Below, piece after piece: positions 10,971 to 22,735 of a DNA stretch of 64,000 nt; the stretch's first letter is position 1, and each line of letters starts with the position of its first letter. The notes beneath the pieces are model-generated. The model was given only the letters and a program-made list of their open reading frames with translations. It searched no databases and was not told the origin of the DNA. Position numbers and translations under genes: made by a program. The DNA is taken from positions 225,308,001 to 225,372,000 of the forward strand of contig OZ024740.1 of assembly GCA_964016885.1 (NCBI GenBank), in the 5' to 3' direction. The stretch is from Eledone cirrhosa (lineage: Eukaryota).

Positions 10971-13028
10971 CGGATACTCGTTCGCATGTCATGCATTACC
11001 TCTTCTTTTCAGAAGTTATTTCTGGAATGGAGTTTCTTACATATATACATGTCATGAAAAAGAAGGAATAGTAAAAACACATCTGTTGGTTTTTGCTTCT
11101 TATGCTGAGGGCCACTGTTTATAAAATGTAAGTTTTTGAGAAGTTTAACACATTAATGTTTGCATATGTAAATACAAGAGTTGGTTGAAAGGTTCATAGG
11201 CTGACTATGAAAGAGTGAGGCTAGCACTTGCTTGCATTAATTGCAACTCTTCTCATAAAATGTTTTAATCGAAGATGCTCAATAGAAGTTTGACTTTGGA
11301 ACAAATATTTTTAGCTTGAAAAGCATATATGAGTGAATGAATTAAATGTTTGTGTGTATTTACTAATGCGTACATTGGTATGGTTTTGTCTATGATGAAC
11401 AAGTAGAACATACGTAGGAGTGGGAAAGTGTAAGGATATAGCATAACTTTGAGCATTCTAGAGTTATATATGTGTATGAAAAATAAAAGCTTAATTTCTG
11501 ATGATGATGATGGAAGTAGATCTGGTTGATAGAAGATAAATAGCAGTCATGTTTCCTAAGGACAGCCTACTGTGGTTCTTGTGATAGAAAAGAATGATAA
11601 AGCAGTAACAGTCCAGTGGTCTGAGGAACTGAGAATATTTGATCTGTTTGATGTAGAAAGGAAACTGGAATCTATCAACGTACTTTGTCACTTCCAATTA
11701 TGATTTTGTCTTCATATATCCCTGGAAATGCTGTCGTATGACCCTCAGAAGACATCTTACTGGAGATATATGAGTAGTAGGAATTTTACTTGCACAATAA
11801 TCAAACGTTTGTAAAGGCTAACGAATTCCCAGTTGTTGAAATTTTATCCTACTGTGATTAAAAGGCTTATGCTTTGATATGTTTCTTTAGATAGGGACAG
11901 TAGGAAAGATAGAAATAGTAAGAGGCTTATAGGCAGAAAGTAAACGACAGAGGCAGAAATAAACACACACACTCACAGAGAGAGAGAAAGGAAGCAAGAA
12001 GTGGAGAGAGAAATAAAGAACTAGTGACCCTTGCAACCTCTGCCAACGCAGGAAAATGTTTGCAAAATCAATGATGAATACATTGAGGTTTTATGTAATA
12101 TTTATGAGTTGTTATGCTAAAAATCATCTCGTTTCTAACTTCAGTTACAAAGCAGAACAAATACTTTTTTTTAGGAAATAGCCCATTTGAGATATCTCAG
12201 CTTTTCTTCATAAGAAATAGTTTCTATTTAATTTCCTATAATTTTTTTCTTGTTGCAAAGATTTATTAAAAGCAATATTATCAAAGTGAAGGTATGTGGC
12301 CAAGTGGTTAGAATGTTAGTCTTACAAACATGTGATTATACCTGGAGGGGAAGTAAGGAGGATCTAGTCTCTGCCACGTTTTAAAATGCTCTAGAATTGC
12401 TGTATGTCAATACTGCACCCCTGTGACTCCCTTAGGAGTTACAGGACCATGCATGCATATAAATATAATTTCAATCCTATGACCTAACAGTGCAATGCCA
12501 CACATCCTTTCCCAGTGCTACAGTCTACTCAGGTGAAAACGAATACTAGCCACTGTGGGTTAATCTTGCAATGGATTGGTAATCCTATAAGAGATCATGT
12601 ACTCTCAGTCTCCAAATATCTCATCCAAATCCTACCAGATTTGTAAAAGAGACATTAAACTGAATAAAGGTAAAGTAGGAGGAACATTATAAATAAAAGA
12701 AAAACAATTGTTTCCATTCTATATACAGGTTTAGTTATTGAAATATAATTTAGAATATAAACGGAAAAAATGAAACGAAATTTCATTTCTCACTCTTAGT
12801 ACGGCTGTTACTTAAATATAAGTATGTATACGTACATACATATATGTATACAGACGTACAGTAGTATGTATATATATATATACATACATGCACACATATA
12901 TATATGTACGTATGGATTCACCGAACATTTATTACAATGCTCGGTGTGTTTGTAAACAAACATCCCGAATTAAGCCGTACAGTGTCTAGCAACCATCGTT
13001 GCTCATTTGTTCAACACTGACAAAGGAA

Positions 13029-13068
13029 CGCTGTACTAGTTTCAAGCTTATTAGCTATCATCAGCAAC
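13029..13068 (-). ncRNA. Minimal type I hammerhead ribozyme
   Basis: Minus strand GTTG-CTGATGA-TAGCT-AATA-AGCTT-GAAA-CTAG-TA-CAGCG. Confidence 0.88.
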
Positions 13069-13431
13069 TTATACCTTCCTGCCAGATGATTGAACGTCTG
13101 AAAGTATATACTCTCCTTATGCATATTAACGGCTGAGCAGCCTAATTTGCATATCGACTGAGTTAATCGGCCGGGGTACCGAAAACGGTAAACGGAAAAA
13201 ATGAAACGAAATTTGTATGTATACATATATTTATGTACGTATACATACTTATATTTAAGTAACAGCCGTACTAAGAGTGAGAAATGAAATTTCGTTTCAT
13301 TTTTTCCGTTTATCGTTTTCGGTACCCCGGCCGATTAACTCACTCGATATGCAAATTAGGCTGTTCAGCCGTTAATATGCATAAGGAAAGTATATACTTT
13401 CAGACGTTCAATCATCTGGCAGGATGGTATA

Positions 13432-13472
13432 CGTTGCTGACGATAGCTAATAAGCTTGAAACTAGTACAGCG
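13432..13472 (+). ncRNA. Minimal type I hammerhead ribozyme
   Basis: CGTTG-CTGACGA-TAGCT-AATA-AGCTT-GAAA-CTAG-TA-CAGCG; canonical core, GUA site, palindromic stem III ACTAGT. Confidence 0.88.
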
Positions 13473-15193
13473 TTCCTTTGTCAGTGTTGAACAAATGAGC
13501 AACGATGGTTGCTAGAAACTGTACGGCTTAATTCGGGATGTTTGTTTACAAACACACCGAGCATTATAATAAATGTTCGGTGAATCCATACGTACATATA
13601 TATATATGTGTGCATGTTTGTATATATGTATACATACTACTGTACGTCTGTATACATATATGTATGTACGTATACATACTTATATTAGAATATAAAATAA
13701 TTACCCTAAAATATAATAAATTATAATAATGAAGTATCCTATTCATTTCATACCTACTGAAGTTAAATTTAGTACACCTATTCTTCTCTGAACATTGCTT
13801 GTCTATCTGTAAATTTGCGAGAAATATGTGACAAAAATTCAAAAGTAACTTAGGAGGTAGCTTGTATTCGCTATCCAAACATAATGCGTTGATTAGCTGC
13901 CTTGGCTTATAAAAGGGGTTTGACTTTTTGTCTGTTTCTCAGACATAAAATTGGGTCAGCTTATATTCAAGTATATATGGTAATTAAAAATTTCAATTTA
14001 ATATCTTTATTCCTGTGTTGTTAATAATTTGGATATAACATTATCTTGGTAAGAATGACTTGTGGTAGCAATCATCCTATGCCATTATTGATATCAGTTA
14101 ATTAGCTTATGAAATGTGAATGACATCTATTTTCTCAATTGGTTACACCAAGATAAGCCATGTAACTGCAGTTGTGGTGCAGTAATTATTTTTCTCGTGC
14201 CTTGGGATCAAACCATTTATCACCAGCGTATTAAAGTGCAATGGTTACCTGTCTTTTCATCACTGAGGATCTCTATTATTTAAAAGAATTTTCCCAGAGA
14301 CATTAGGCTTTTGAAATGTCTGTTGACTACTCACAAACAGCCTCCACTACCTCTATGAATCTCCAGGGGATCACAGACCACAAGTTGGAAACTACAATTC
14401 TATTATAAAGAGTAGATCAGGATCAGTGCTAATTTTATTACTGAAATTAGAAGATTGACATGGAAATAGGATATCTCTATATAATTCCCTCATAAAACTA
14501 AAGGGCTGTTTATCATTGATCAATGTTGTTGTTTAGTGAGATGGCAGTATGTTTTTAAAGGGATCTGTCTGCTGAATAGATAAAATAATATAACGTTCAG
14601 ACATACAATATCAGCAAACATAGAATATTATAAAATACAGATATAACAATCTATCTCTTCAATTACCATCACCACCATCATCATTATCATCATCATCATC
14701 ATATTTTTCCATGCTTTTCCATGGGTTTGAAGGCACATGGCCTGGCAGTTAGAGAATTGGATTTGCAATTATGAGGCTATGCATTTGTTTCCCAGACCAA
14801 GTGATGTGTTATGTCCTTGAGTTAGACACTTTATTTCATGTTGCTGTTTCTGCCAGATATTGCAGCTAGTAGATAGTATCAGCATTGGAAAGAATAGTAA
14901 TGGAAACATTGTGTCCTTGGTCTGATTTTATGAGCTCCATCCTATACAGTAATCAAAATCGATTCCATATGGGTTAAATATGGCTTTTTCAGTGCAGCAC
15001 ACCTCTATTTGTTTCTTTTCATAGTCATCACTTTGGTACAGCTCAGCATCCTTAGATCTGCTCTCACTACTTCTGCTTGAGTCTTACTCTACTGCAACTT
15101 CCTCCCACTTAGATCTTTTGGTTCTTCTTCACCCAACAATTATCATCCATGCACGTTACTAGTCCATACTAGCACAATTCTTTTCACTTGCAC

Positions 15194-15249
15194 CTAACCC
15201 ATGCTAGCGTGGAAGAACGGACGTAAAACGGTGATGATGATGATGATGA
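15194..15249 (+). mobile_element. Extremely 5'-truncated RTE LINE 3' end
   Basis: CTAACCCATGCTAGCGTGGAAGAACGGACGTAAAACGGT(GAT)n matches the reverse complement of 43534-43585. Confidence 0.85.
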
Positions 15250-15772
15250 CACTACGTCTTATTCCTCTTATACCCAATTTTTCCCTCAGCTAATTTTTAC
15301 TTTGGTGTTTATGCATACTAAACATTACATACTATACAGTAAGCATACAATAAGGGATATATAGTATTATCAATGCATTAATTACTTATACTCCTTTAAA
15401 AAACAATACAAAATAAACTTATTTCTCTCATATAACATATGAAGGAATATCCACAATGTTTGAATTTCCATGTCAATTGGAATCTATTATTAACTGATTG
15501 GACTCTGACATAACCATGTGTTTAGGACTTTACAACCATGAGGTTCCAGCTTCAAGTCCACTTCATGAAATCTTGAGCAAGTGACTTTGACCATAGCCTT
15601 ATGTTCCACCAAGACTTGTGAATGGAAACTAATCAGTAGTTTGTTTACTGTACTGTACATATAAAAATACCTATGTCTGTGGAATACTCAGACACATGTT
15701 AATTTCATGTGTAGTCCACTACATTGATTGAACAATTGCAGCATTCATCATCAAAATTGAAGGAGGTTGATA

Positions 15773-15974
15773 TACAAGGGTCAGCTGAAAGTTTTATAGG
15801 CTGATCAAGACACTCTCATGGAATGACCAAATGGAATTTATTTTTCAACATAATCTCTAAAAAGAATCAATGCTGTTATTGATGAGAAGAATTGAAATTA
15901 ATGTATGCAAGATTTCACAGCTCTAGCATCAATCCTTTATAGTTAGTGTATGAATTTTACAGCCAAGCCTCGTA
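15773..15974. mobile_element. Mariner-derived MITE-like relic
   Basis: Imperfect terminal inverted repeats TACAAGGGTCAGCTGAAAGTTTTATAGGCTGA ... TATGAATTTTACAGCCAAGCCTCGTA; a related end lies at ~11173. Confidence 0.5.
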
Positions 15975-17794
15975 CATATTTACTGAATGCAAGGAAAAAG
16001 TAAATCATATTTTTGATAGTCATGCTTTTGTCCATGGAATTAATCATGTGGAATGGATCTTCACCGGTTCTCATGATGAGTGTCTCAGCTGATTAATCAA
16101 CAGAATAGCTTGCTAATGAAATTAATGTGTAAATGGCAAAATATTCCACAGACATATGTACTCTTAACATAATTCTCACTAAAATTCAATATAGCACCAT
16201 GTATGTCAAGGCTGGCTCTTTGAACTATAGATACTGTCCATCAAATGATCTACCAAACAATTTCCCCTCTATGGAATTTCCACACAAGCGCTGTTGTAAA
16301 TGACACAAGCCCAAGATGTCATACAGTGGTATCTAAACTAGTACCTAATGATTACAAAATGATATCCTTAACCATTTGGATATGTGGCCTTCCCGTGAAC
16401 CATATTTACAACTAGAAATTGAAACCAACTTGTTGACTTTATGCCAGATATGACCTAGTTAACACTACTTGCCAACAATTTATAACACCTCAATTGGTGT
16501 GTATTTCAGTCCAAAATTTGTTTTATTTAAAAGTTGAATTTTATCAAAGATGTTAAATGCAAACTGTACATCAAACACACATACAATTTGTGTATTCATG
16601 TGTGTATATCTGTATATGTATATGTCTGCGAGTGTGTGCATGAAATGTGTGTGTGTGTATGCATGCATGTTTATGTTTGTATGAGGAAGTCAGTGAAATT
16701 TGCCATCAAGTAAATAATAAACACCATCAAAATAATGTGTAAAGCAAAGAAGGAAACAAAACAAAAATGTTCATGTAGACTTGGATAATTGTTTATATAT
16801 CATAGACTAATAATTGCTTTCATGCATGGAAACGAATGCCAAATTTAATTAATACTAATTTACCAAAGTCAGAGCTGAGTTAATAACAAACAATATTGAT
16901 TGAAAAAGTGATGGTGATGAAAGATAAATTTGTAATTCCTTTTAATAACATTTCTATCATGTCTGACAGATATATTGGTATTGACCGTTTAATGCACAGT
17001 TTAGAAAATAGCAATTGACTGGCTTGATAGGGTATCAGGCTACCTAGTGAACAGTCAGTGTTAATAGATAGATATACACCCAGTCTGTTTGTCAGTAAAT
17101 AGGCACCACTTCTCTGGTGGCAAATTAATAGAGCCATTAGAGCATAGGACAAATTTCTTTCTAGAATTTGGACTCTGATTTCAAATCTCATCATGGTCAA
17201 CTGTGGTTTTTGTCCTTTCAAGTTTGTTAAATTAATGTACCAATCCAAGACAATAGATTGGCATGAGTATTAGAATGATAGATGAGATGCCTTATGTTCT
17301 GAGTTCAAAGCTTATTGTTGACTATGTGGATGATAGACTTATTCCACTATCTGTTTAACACCATCTCTTGGCCCTTAGGATAATAAGGTAGGATAATATC
17401 TTCTTCTCACGCCTTTGTGTCTCTGTGCATTGCTCTGCCGTCATTTACTAAACAGAAAAAAAACACAATGACTAATACATATATAGCTTAATATTACAAT
17501 CATGAATGTACAGTATGATTGATTGATGGCTTATTAGCATGCAATAAAATAGTCCGAAAGCCAAAGACTGTAATAATGTCATGTTCTATTCATAGGACAG
17601 GATGTATCAACTTAGTACTTTAAAAGACTGAGTTAAGGAACAAATAAAATAAGAAGCCCAAATAGAAATATTTGTAGTGAATACATCTTCCTGCCTGTTA
17701 CACAAATGCAAGAAATGTTTGATATAAAATATAAGTAGAGTTTTGTATTAAGTTCAATGGGTGATGGTAAAAGGATTTCATAAAACAGAATAAT

Positions 17795-17972
17795 TGTTTC
17801 TACTTTTTGGTACAAGGCCAGCAATGACCCAGCGCATTACTGGTACTTTATTTTATCGACCCCGTAAGGATGAAAGGCAAAGTTAACCTCAGTGGGATTT
17901 GAACTCAGAATGGCAAGGGACGTAACTCTATGCGTCAAAGCATGGCGTCCGACCCTCTACCGATACTGCCGC
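17795..17972 (-). mobile_element. tRNA-derived SINE with Nin/Deu-like core
   Basis: Minus strand B-box GAGTTCAAATCC followed by GCCTTTCATCCTTACGGGGTCGATAAAATAAAGTACCAG; relatives at 54648, 58080 and 60860. Confidence 0.7.
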
Positions 17973-18435
17973 AAATGTTACCTCTTTGATACCTGATTAG
18001 AGCTGAAAAGGAAATTTGATATTTGATATGTAAAAATAAAATTAACATTTTTAAAGAGAGAGAGACACACACACACACATTGGTTATTTCTGTAGAAACT
18101 ACTATCAGCAGAATAAAATGCCTCAATGTTTCATCTTTACTATTTGAGTATCAATATAAATATATATATTTACATACACACACACGTGTGTGTGTGTGTA
18201 TGTAAATATATATATATTTATATTGATACATGTATTCTGTCTTTTTCCATATAGCACCAGCCTGGGGACCCTCCTGCTGGTCATTTAACCTTGTTCTGGT
18301 GACGCAGCCCGATGGAGCATGCAACTACTGATATACTCTTGTTTAAAGGCTCTGATTATTCCTTCCATGGTGTATGGATGAAACATTGTTAGCTAATAAA
18401 ACAATGTATTTCTAAGTACTCTTTGGTTATTCCTA

Positions 18436-18469
<34 letters not shown>

Positions 18470-18472
<3 letters not shown>

Positions 18473-20364
18473 CCGAAGGACTGGCATAGCAGCATCATCG
18501 TTAACTGTTATAAGGGTAAAGGAGACGCCCTAGATAGGAGTAACTATAGAGGCATTAAATTAATCGACCAGGTCATGAAGGTCACGGAAAAAGTAATAGT
18601 GCAACTAATCAGAGAGAGAATTGACCTAGATGAAATGCAGTTCGGGTTTGTGTCAGGCAAAAGTACCACAGACGCTCTTTTCATAGTACGACAACTACAG
18701 GAGAAGTACCTAGCTAAAGGTAAACCCCTCTACTTAGCTTTTGTCGACTTGGAGAAAGCCTTCGACAGAGTCCCCCGCTCCATTATCTGGTGGGCTCTTA
18801 GAAAACTAGGCGTTGACGAATGGCTTGTGAGAGCTATACAAGCCATGTATAAAGAAACAGTCAGCAAGGTTAGAATTAACAACGAATATAGTGAAGAGTT
18901 TAGCGTAAAAGTTGGCATCCATCAGGGCTCTGTTCTCAGCCCCTACTATTTATTATTGCCCTTCAGGCTATAACAGAGGAGTTCAAGACAGGCTGCCCAT
19001 GGGAACTCCTATACGCAGACGACCTGACACTCATAGCGGAATCAATGGCCTATCTAGAGAAGAAATTCCAAACATGGAAGCACGGCCTAGAGTCAAAAGG
19101 ACTTAAAATTAACCTGGCTAAGACCAAAGCTAGTTTGTAGGAAAGAAAACAAGGCGGCGGTCCCTTCTGGGAAATGGTCGTGCTCGGTGTGTAGGAAAGG
19201 CGCAGGTAGAAACTCCATTTTATGTCCTAAATGCAAAGTATGGGTGCATAAAAGATGTAGTGGGATCACAGGTAAGCTAACTAAGAACATAGATTTTACA
19301 TGTGGCCGGTGTTCTGGTGCAATAAGTAGCAGCAAGTGCCCACAAAATACTAGCTCTTTCAATTGCGCAGAGGGTTCTATAGAAATAGTGGACAGCTTCC
19401 GTTACCTGGGCGATAAAATCAGCAGTGGGGGAGGGTGCTCTGAAAGTACTGTAGCTAGAGTCAGTACTGGTTGGAAAAAGTTCAGAGAGCTTATACCAAT
19501 ATTAGCTGCTAAAGGGTTCTCCCTAAAAATGAAAGGCAGGTTGTACGATGCCTGCATACGAACAGCAATGCTGCATGGCAGTGAGACCTGGGCATTGTGT
19601 GCAGAGGATATACGCAGACTAGAGAGGAACGAAGCTTGCATGCTCCGCTGGATGTGTAACAGTAATATACGTGAACGGCAAAGCATAAACGAACTAAGGA
19701 AAAAATTAGAGATAAGAGGGATCAGATGTTGTTTACTCGAGAGAAGGCTACGTTGGTATGGACACGTGATGCGCATGAAAGTCGATAGCTGTATAACAAA
19801 GTGCAGGGCAATAAAGATAGACGGTAGTCACGGAATAGGCAGACCTAGAAAAACCTGGGACGAGCTGATAAACTCCGACATCACACACTTACACCTCTCC
19901 AAGACAATGTCACTGGACCGAGACCTTTGGCGGTACTCAGTAACAGAGAAGACCCGCCTTACCTAAATATATAGTAAAACCTACTCCAGCCAGTAGGCAT
20001 CTCTAACAAAATACACCCCGTCCCACCCCCACCACCCCCACCCCATCCACACCAGCCCGTCCTATGTAAAGTTATGTTGGTGCCGCGCCATCCAGACCGA
20101 AACAAATGAGATCGTGTAGGTGTCACGACAAAAAAACACACAGTCCACGCTGTAATGTGGCCGTGTAGGCAACACGGTAAAAACCTTCCAGACCCACACT
20201 GTAAATGTGGTTGGTGTTAGGAAGGGCATCCAACTGTAGAAAACCTGCCAGACAGTCCTATGCGAGCAAGACAATCACTCTTGCCTCAAGTGGGACTACC
20301 CCCGTCCAAACCCATGCAAGCGTGGAACACGGACGTTAAACGTTGATGATGATGATGATGATGA
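18470..20364 (+). mobile_element. 5'-truncated RTE-clade LINE (frameshifted RT, PHD-like finger, 3' UTR, (GAT)n tail)
   Basis: ORFs 18575-18973 (QFGF, FVDLEKAFD, GIHQGS) and 19187-19966 closely match the 43830-46949 protein; YADD lies in a shifted frame. Confidence 0.93.
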
Positions 20365-20486
20365 TATAATAACTAGAGATTGATTAACATATAAAAATAC
20401 ATGAATAATCACAGGAGATAATCTAAGCTTGCGTGTAACCACGCATAGCTAGTTTAGGCAATATTTACCTTTAAGTGTGATTAACC

Positions 20487-20580
20487 TTCCTTGTATATAT
20501 CCAATTAAAGAAATATATTTCACCAATTAATAAGATGGCAAGTCACGGAAAGTGGATATTATTGGATCGTCAACAAGGAA
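20487..20580 (-). ncRNA. Type I hammerhead ribozyme, U3 variant (UUGACGA)
   Basis: Minus strand TTCCTTG-TTGACGA-TCCAAT...ATTGGT-GAAA-TATAT...ATATA-TA-CAAGGAA; 7-bp stem I. Confidence 0.65.
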
Positions 20581-21020
20581 AGGGATAATATCAGCCATCC
20601 GTGCTTACAGAGCGAGATCAAATCTTCAACTATCCGTCACCACGTGTTGCGTCCACACAAGATAGCGGTTTCGTTTCAGTGGCGTGAAAAGGTATTTGAC
20701 AACTAGAAATAGCAGTCAAAATTCTTCTCAACAGAAATAGCTCTACAATTAAGGAGCCGTATATATATATCTAAGTCCAAAATTAAAATAAATGAATTAA
20801 ATGAATTTAATCGAAATCGAAATCATGGGTGTCATGACATAATGCATGCGCCATATATCCTGAGAATTAAGCTCAAAGATAAATAAATCTGAGCATATTA
20901 TAATAACTAGAGATTGATTAACATATAAAAATACATGAATAATCACAGGAGATAATCTAAGCTTGCGTGTAACAGCGCATAGCTAGTTTAGGCAATATTT
21001 ACCTTTAAGTGTGATTAACC

Positions 21021-21114
21021 TTTCTTGTATATATCCCATTAAAGAAATATATTTCACCAATTAATCAGATGGCAAGTCACGGAAAGTGGATATTATTGGA
21101 TTGTCAACAAGGAA
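21021..21114 (-). ncRNA. Type I hammerhead ribozyme, U3-A8 variant (UUGACAA)
   Basis: Second tandem copy of 20487-20580; stem III TATATTTC/GGGATATA. Confidence 0.6.
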
Positions 21115-21329
21115 AGGGATAATATGATTTCGATTTAGATTAAATTCATTTAATTCATTTATCTTAATTTTGGACTTAGATATATATATATATATATAAT
21201 ATATAAGATCAAAAGATGGTTAAATGAGTTCCATGTATTATATATTATGTATACTCCAGTCCTACAAACTGTAGAGTGCTTCGTATCCGATATCTGCATT
21301 GCTTTATTGTACTACAATAAAACTCACCT

Positions 21330-21368
<39 letters not shown>

Positions 21369-21554
21369 CAAATGTTAACAAATGAAAAATATTCTCATAA
21401 TCAAAATATATACTTTATTATATATATTTCAAAGGAACTGTCTTGTTTTTTCAGTACGTCCTCATCAGACAAAATATATGATTTGATATATGACATACTG
21501 CTGCGGTCATGATTATTCAATTCCAGTATTGGCAGTTATATATATATATATATA

Positions 21555-21952
21555 TTCAGATTTGAGGTTCACCACTGTATAGAGCTGGTCTATTCCGTAT
21601 GGTCAATCGTAATGCAATAATATAGAGAGTACTCAACGTAAAGCAGTTCAACCGTCTTTGTTTTTGTAGTTGGTGGTGCTATTACGGAGTTAAATATTAT
21701 AATGAAATGACAGGAGGCTGGATTTGTGTAAATTCTTGAAAGGTTTATTATACTATGATCATTTCAATGACCGGGTTCCGTATGAATCCGGTGATATCAT
21801 CAGGTATTCGAAATATAATACGTGAATGTAATAGATAAAATCCATGGGGCTGAAAATCGAGGACCCGAGGGCGACCGCTATTCTGTTCCTTCAACCTCAG
21901 CCGGTCGCCCTTTCAAGGATTTACACAAATCCAGCCTCCTGTCATTTCATTA

Positions 21953-21958
<6 letters not shown>
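21555..21958 (-). mobile_element. Short non-coding HHR element between (TA)n tracts with 47-bp inverted repeat
   Basis: 21696-21743 is the reverse complement of 21909-21955; canonical HHR inside. Confidence 0.7.
21751..21806 (-). ncRNA. Minimal type I hammerhead ribozyme
   Basis: Minus strand TAC-CTGATGA-TATCACCGGATTC-ATAC-GGAACCCGGTCATT-GAAA-TGATCA-TA-GTA; palindromic stem III ATGATCAT. Confidence 0.8.
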
Positions 21959-21991
<33 letters not shown>

Positions 21992-22735
21992 TATTAGAGT
22001 ACAAACCTCTCGATGATTATATTACATAACTTCATTAACCAACATAAAAGGACACTTCTTTGTATTCTCATATATATATATATCTTTATATGAAAAAGTG
22101 TACAAGTAAATTTTGTTTGTGTAGATAAGTGTACAAACAAAAATAAAACAAGTAAGATTGCTTACCAAAGAATATTTCTCAACATGGCCCTTCTAGGTTA
22201 CAGTAATAGTCCAATACGAGTGATCCAATTATAGTATCCAGTTGAAAGATCATGCAGTAATAATATATAAACCAGCATTATGTAGATTTATATTGTATTG
22301 AAACATATGTTAAAGAACCAGCTTCTGATTAAATTCTTCATTTTTCTATACTTCATGTCTAGTATTTGTTTTTCCTATACATTAAAAAATATACATATAT
22401 CTTTATAAAGTTACCTGTCTCTAATACTTATACATCTCAATAAAAGGGTATGGTGTATTAATAAATTATCTAGTCAGAGATAAAATATATTAAACTTAAG
22501 CCATTCTCTTTTTTTTTGCGGGGGTGGGGTGGGGGGTATAGTCTAAAAAGGCTAAAATAAGTCGGTTTTCCTTTCAATATTGGTTATTCCTATGTCTGGG
22601 AATTGTTGATGTTATTTCTTGAGTTCTAAATTCTATGGTTGGTGAATTATATAAGTAAAAACTGAGTTATTTTAGCCGATTTAGCTTATGTCCAGCCAAA
22701 ATGATATTTGGGCTTAAGATTAATATATATATATA

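Larger units (their letters stand above)
12759..13686. mobile_element. Retrozyme-like insertion: two inverted, circularly permuted copies of a 431-bp monomer with 12-bp target-site duplication
   Basis: ACGGAAAAAATGAAACGAAATTT at 12761 and 13192, and TGTATACATATAT-TATGTACGTATAC at 13218 and 13649 (both period 431). The two halves are reverse complements. TTAGAATATAAA occurs at 12750-12761 and 13685-13696. Confidence 0.85.
20365..21190 (-). mobile_element. Retrozyme-like element: 534-bp monomer in 1.4x tandem with two same-strand hammerheads and a terminal inverted segment
   Basis: AACTAGAGATTGATTAAC at 20371 and 20905 (period 534), with the repeat running to ~21125. Segment 21126-21190 is an inverted copy of ~20760-20825. 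Confidence 0.8.

Noticed and set aside
11500-11890. KYSQFLR motif suggesting a Neptune-like PLE relic
   Set aside because: Too decayed to delimit with confidence.
13011-13490. Paired 68-71 aa ORFs in the 431-bp element
   Set aside because: They overlap the ribozyme, have no recognisable motif, and are duplicated by the inversion; a small peptide cannot be fully excluded.
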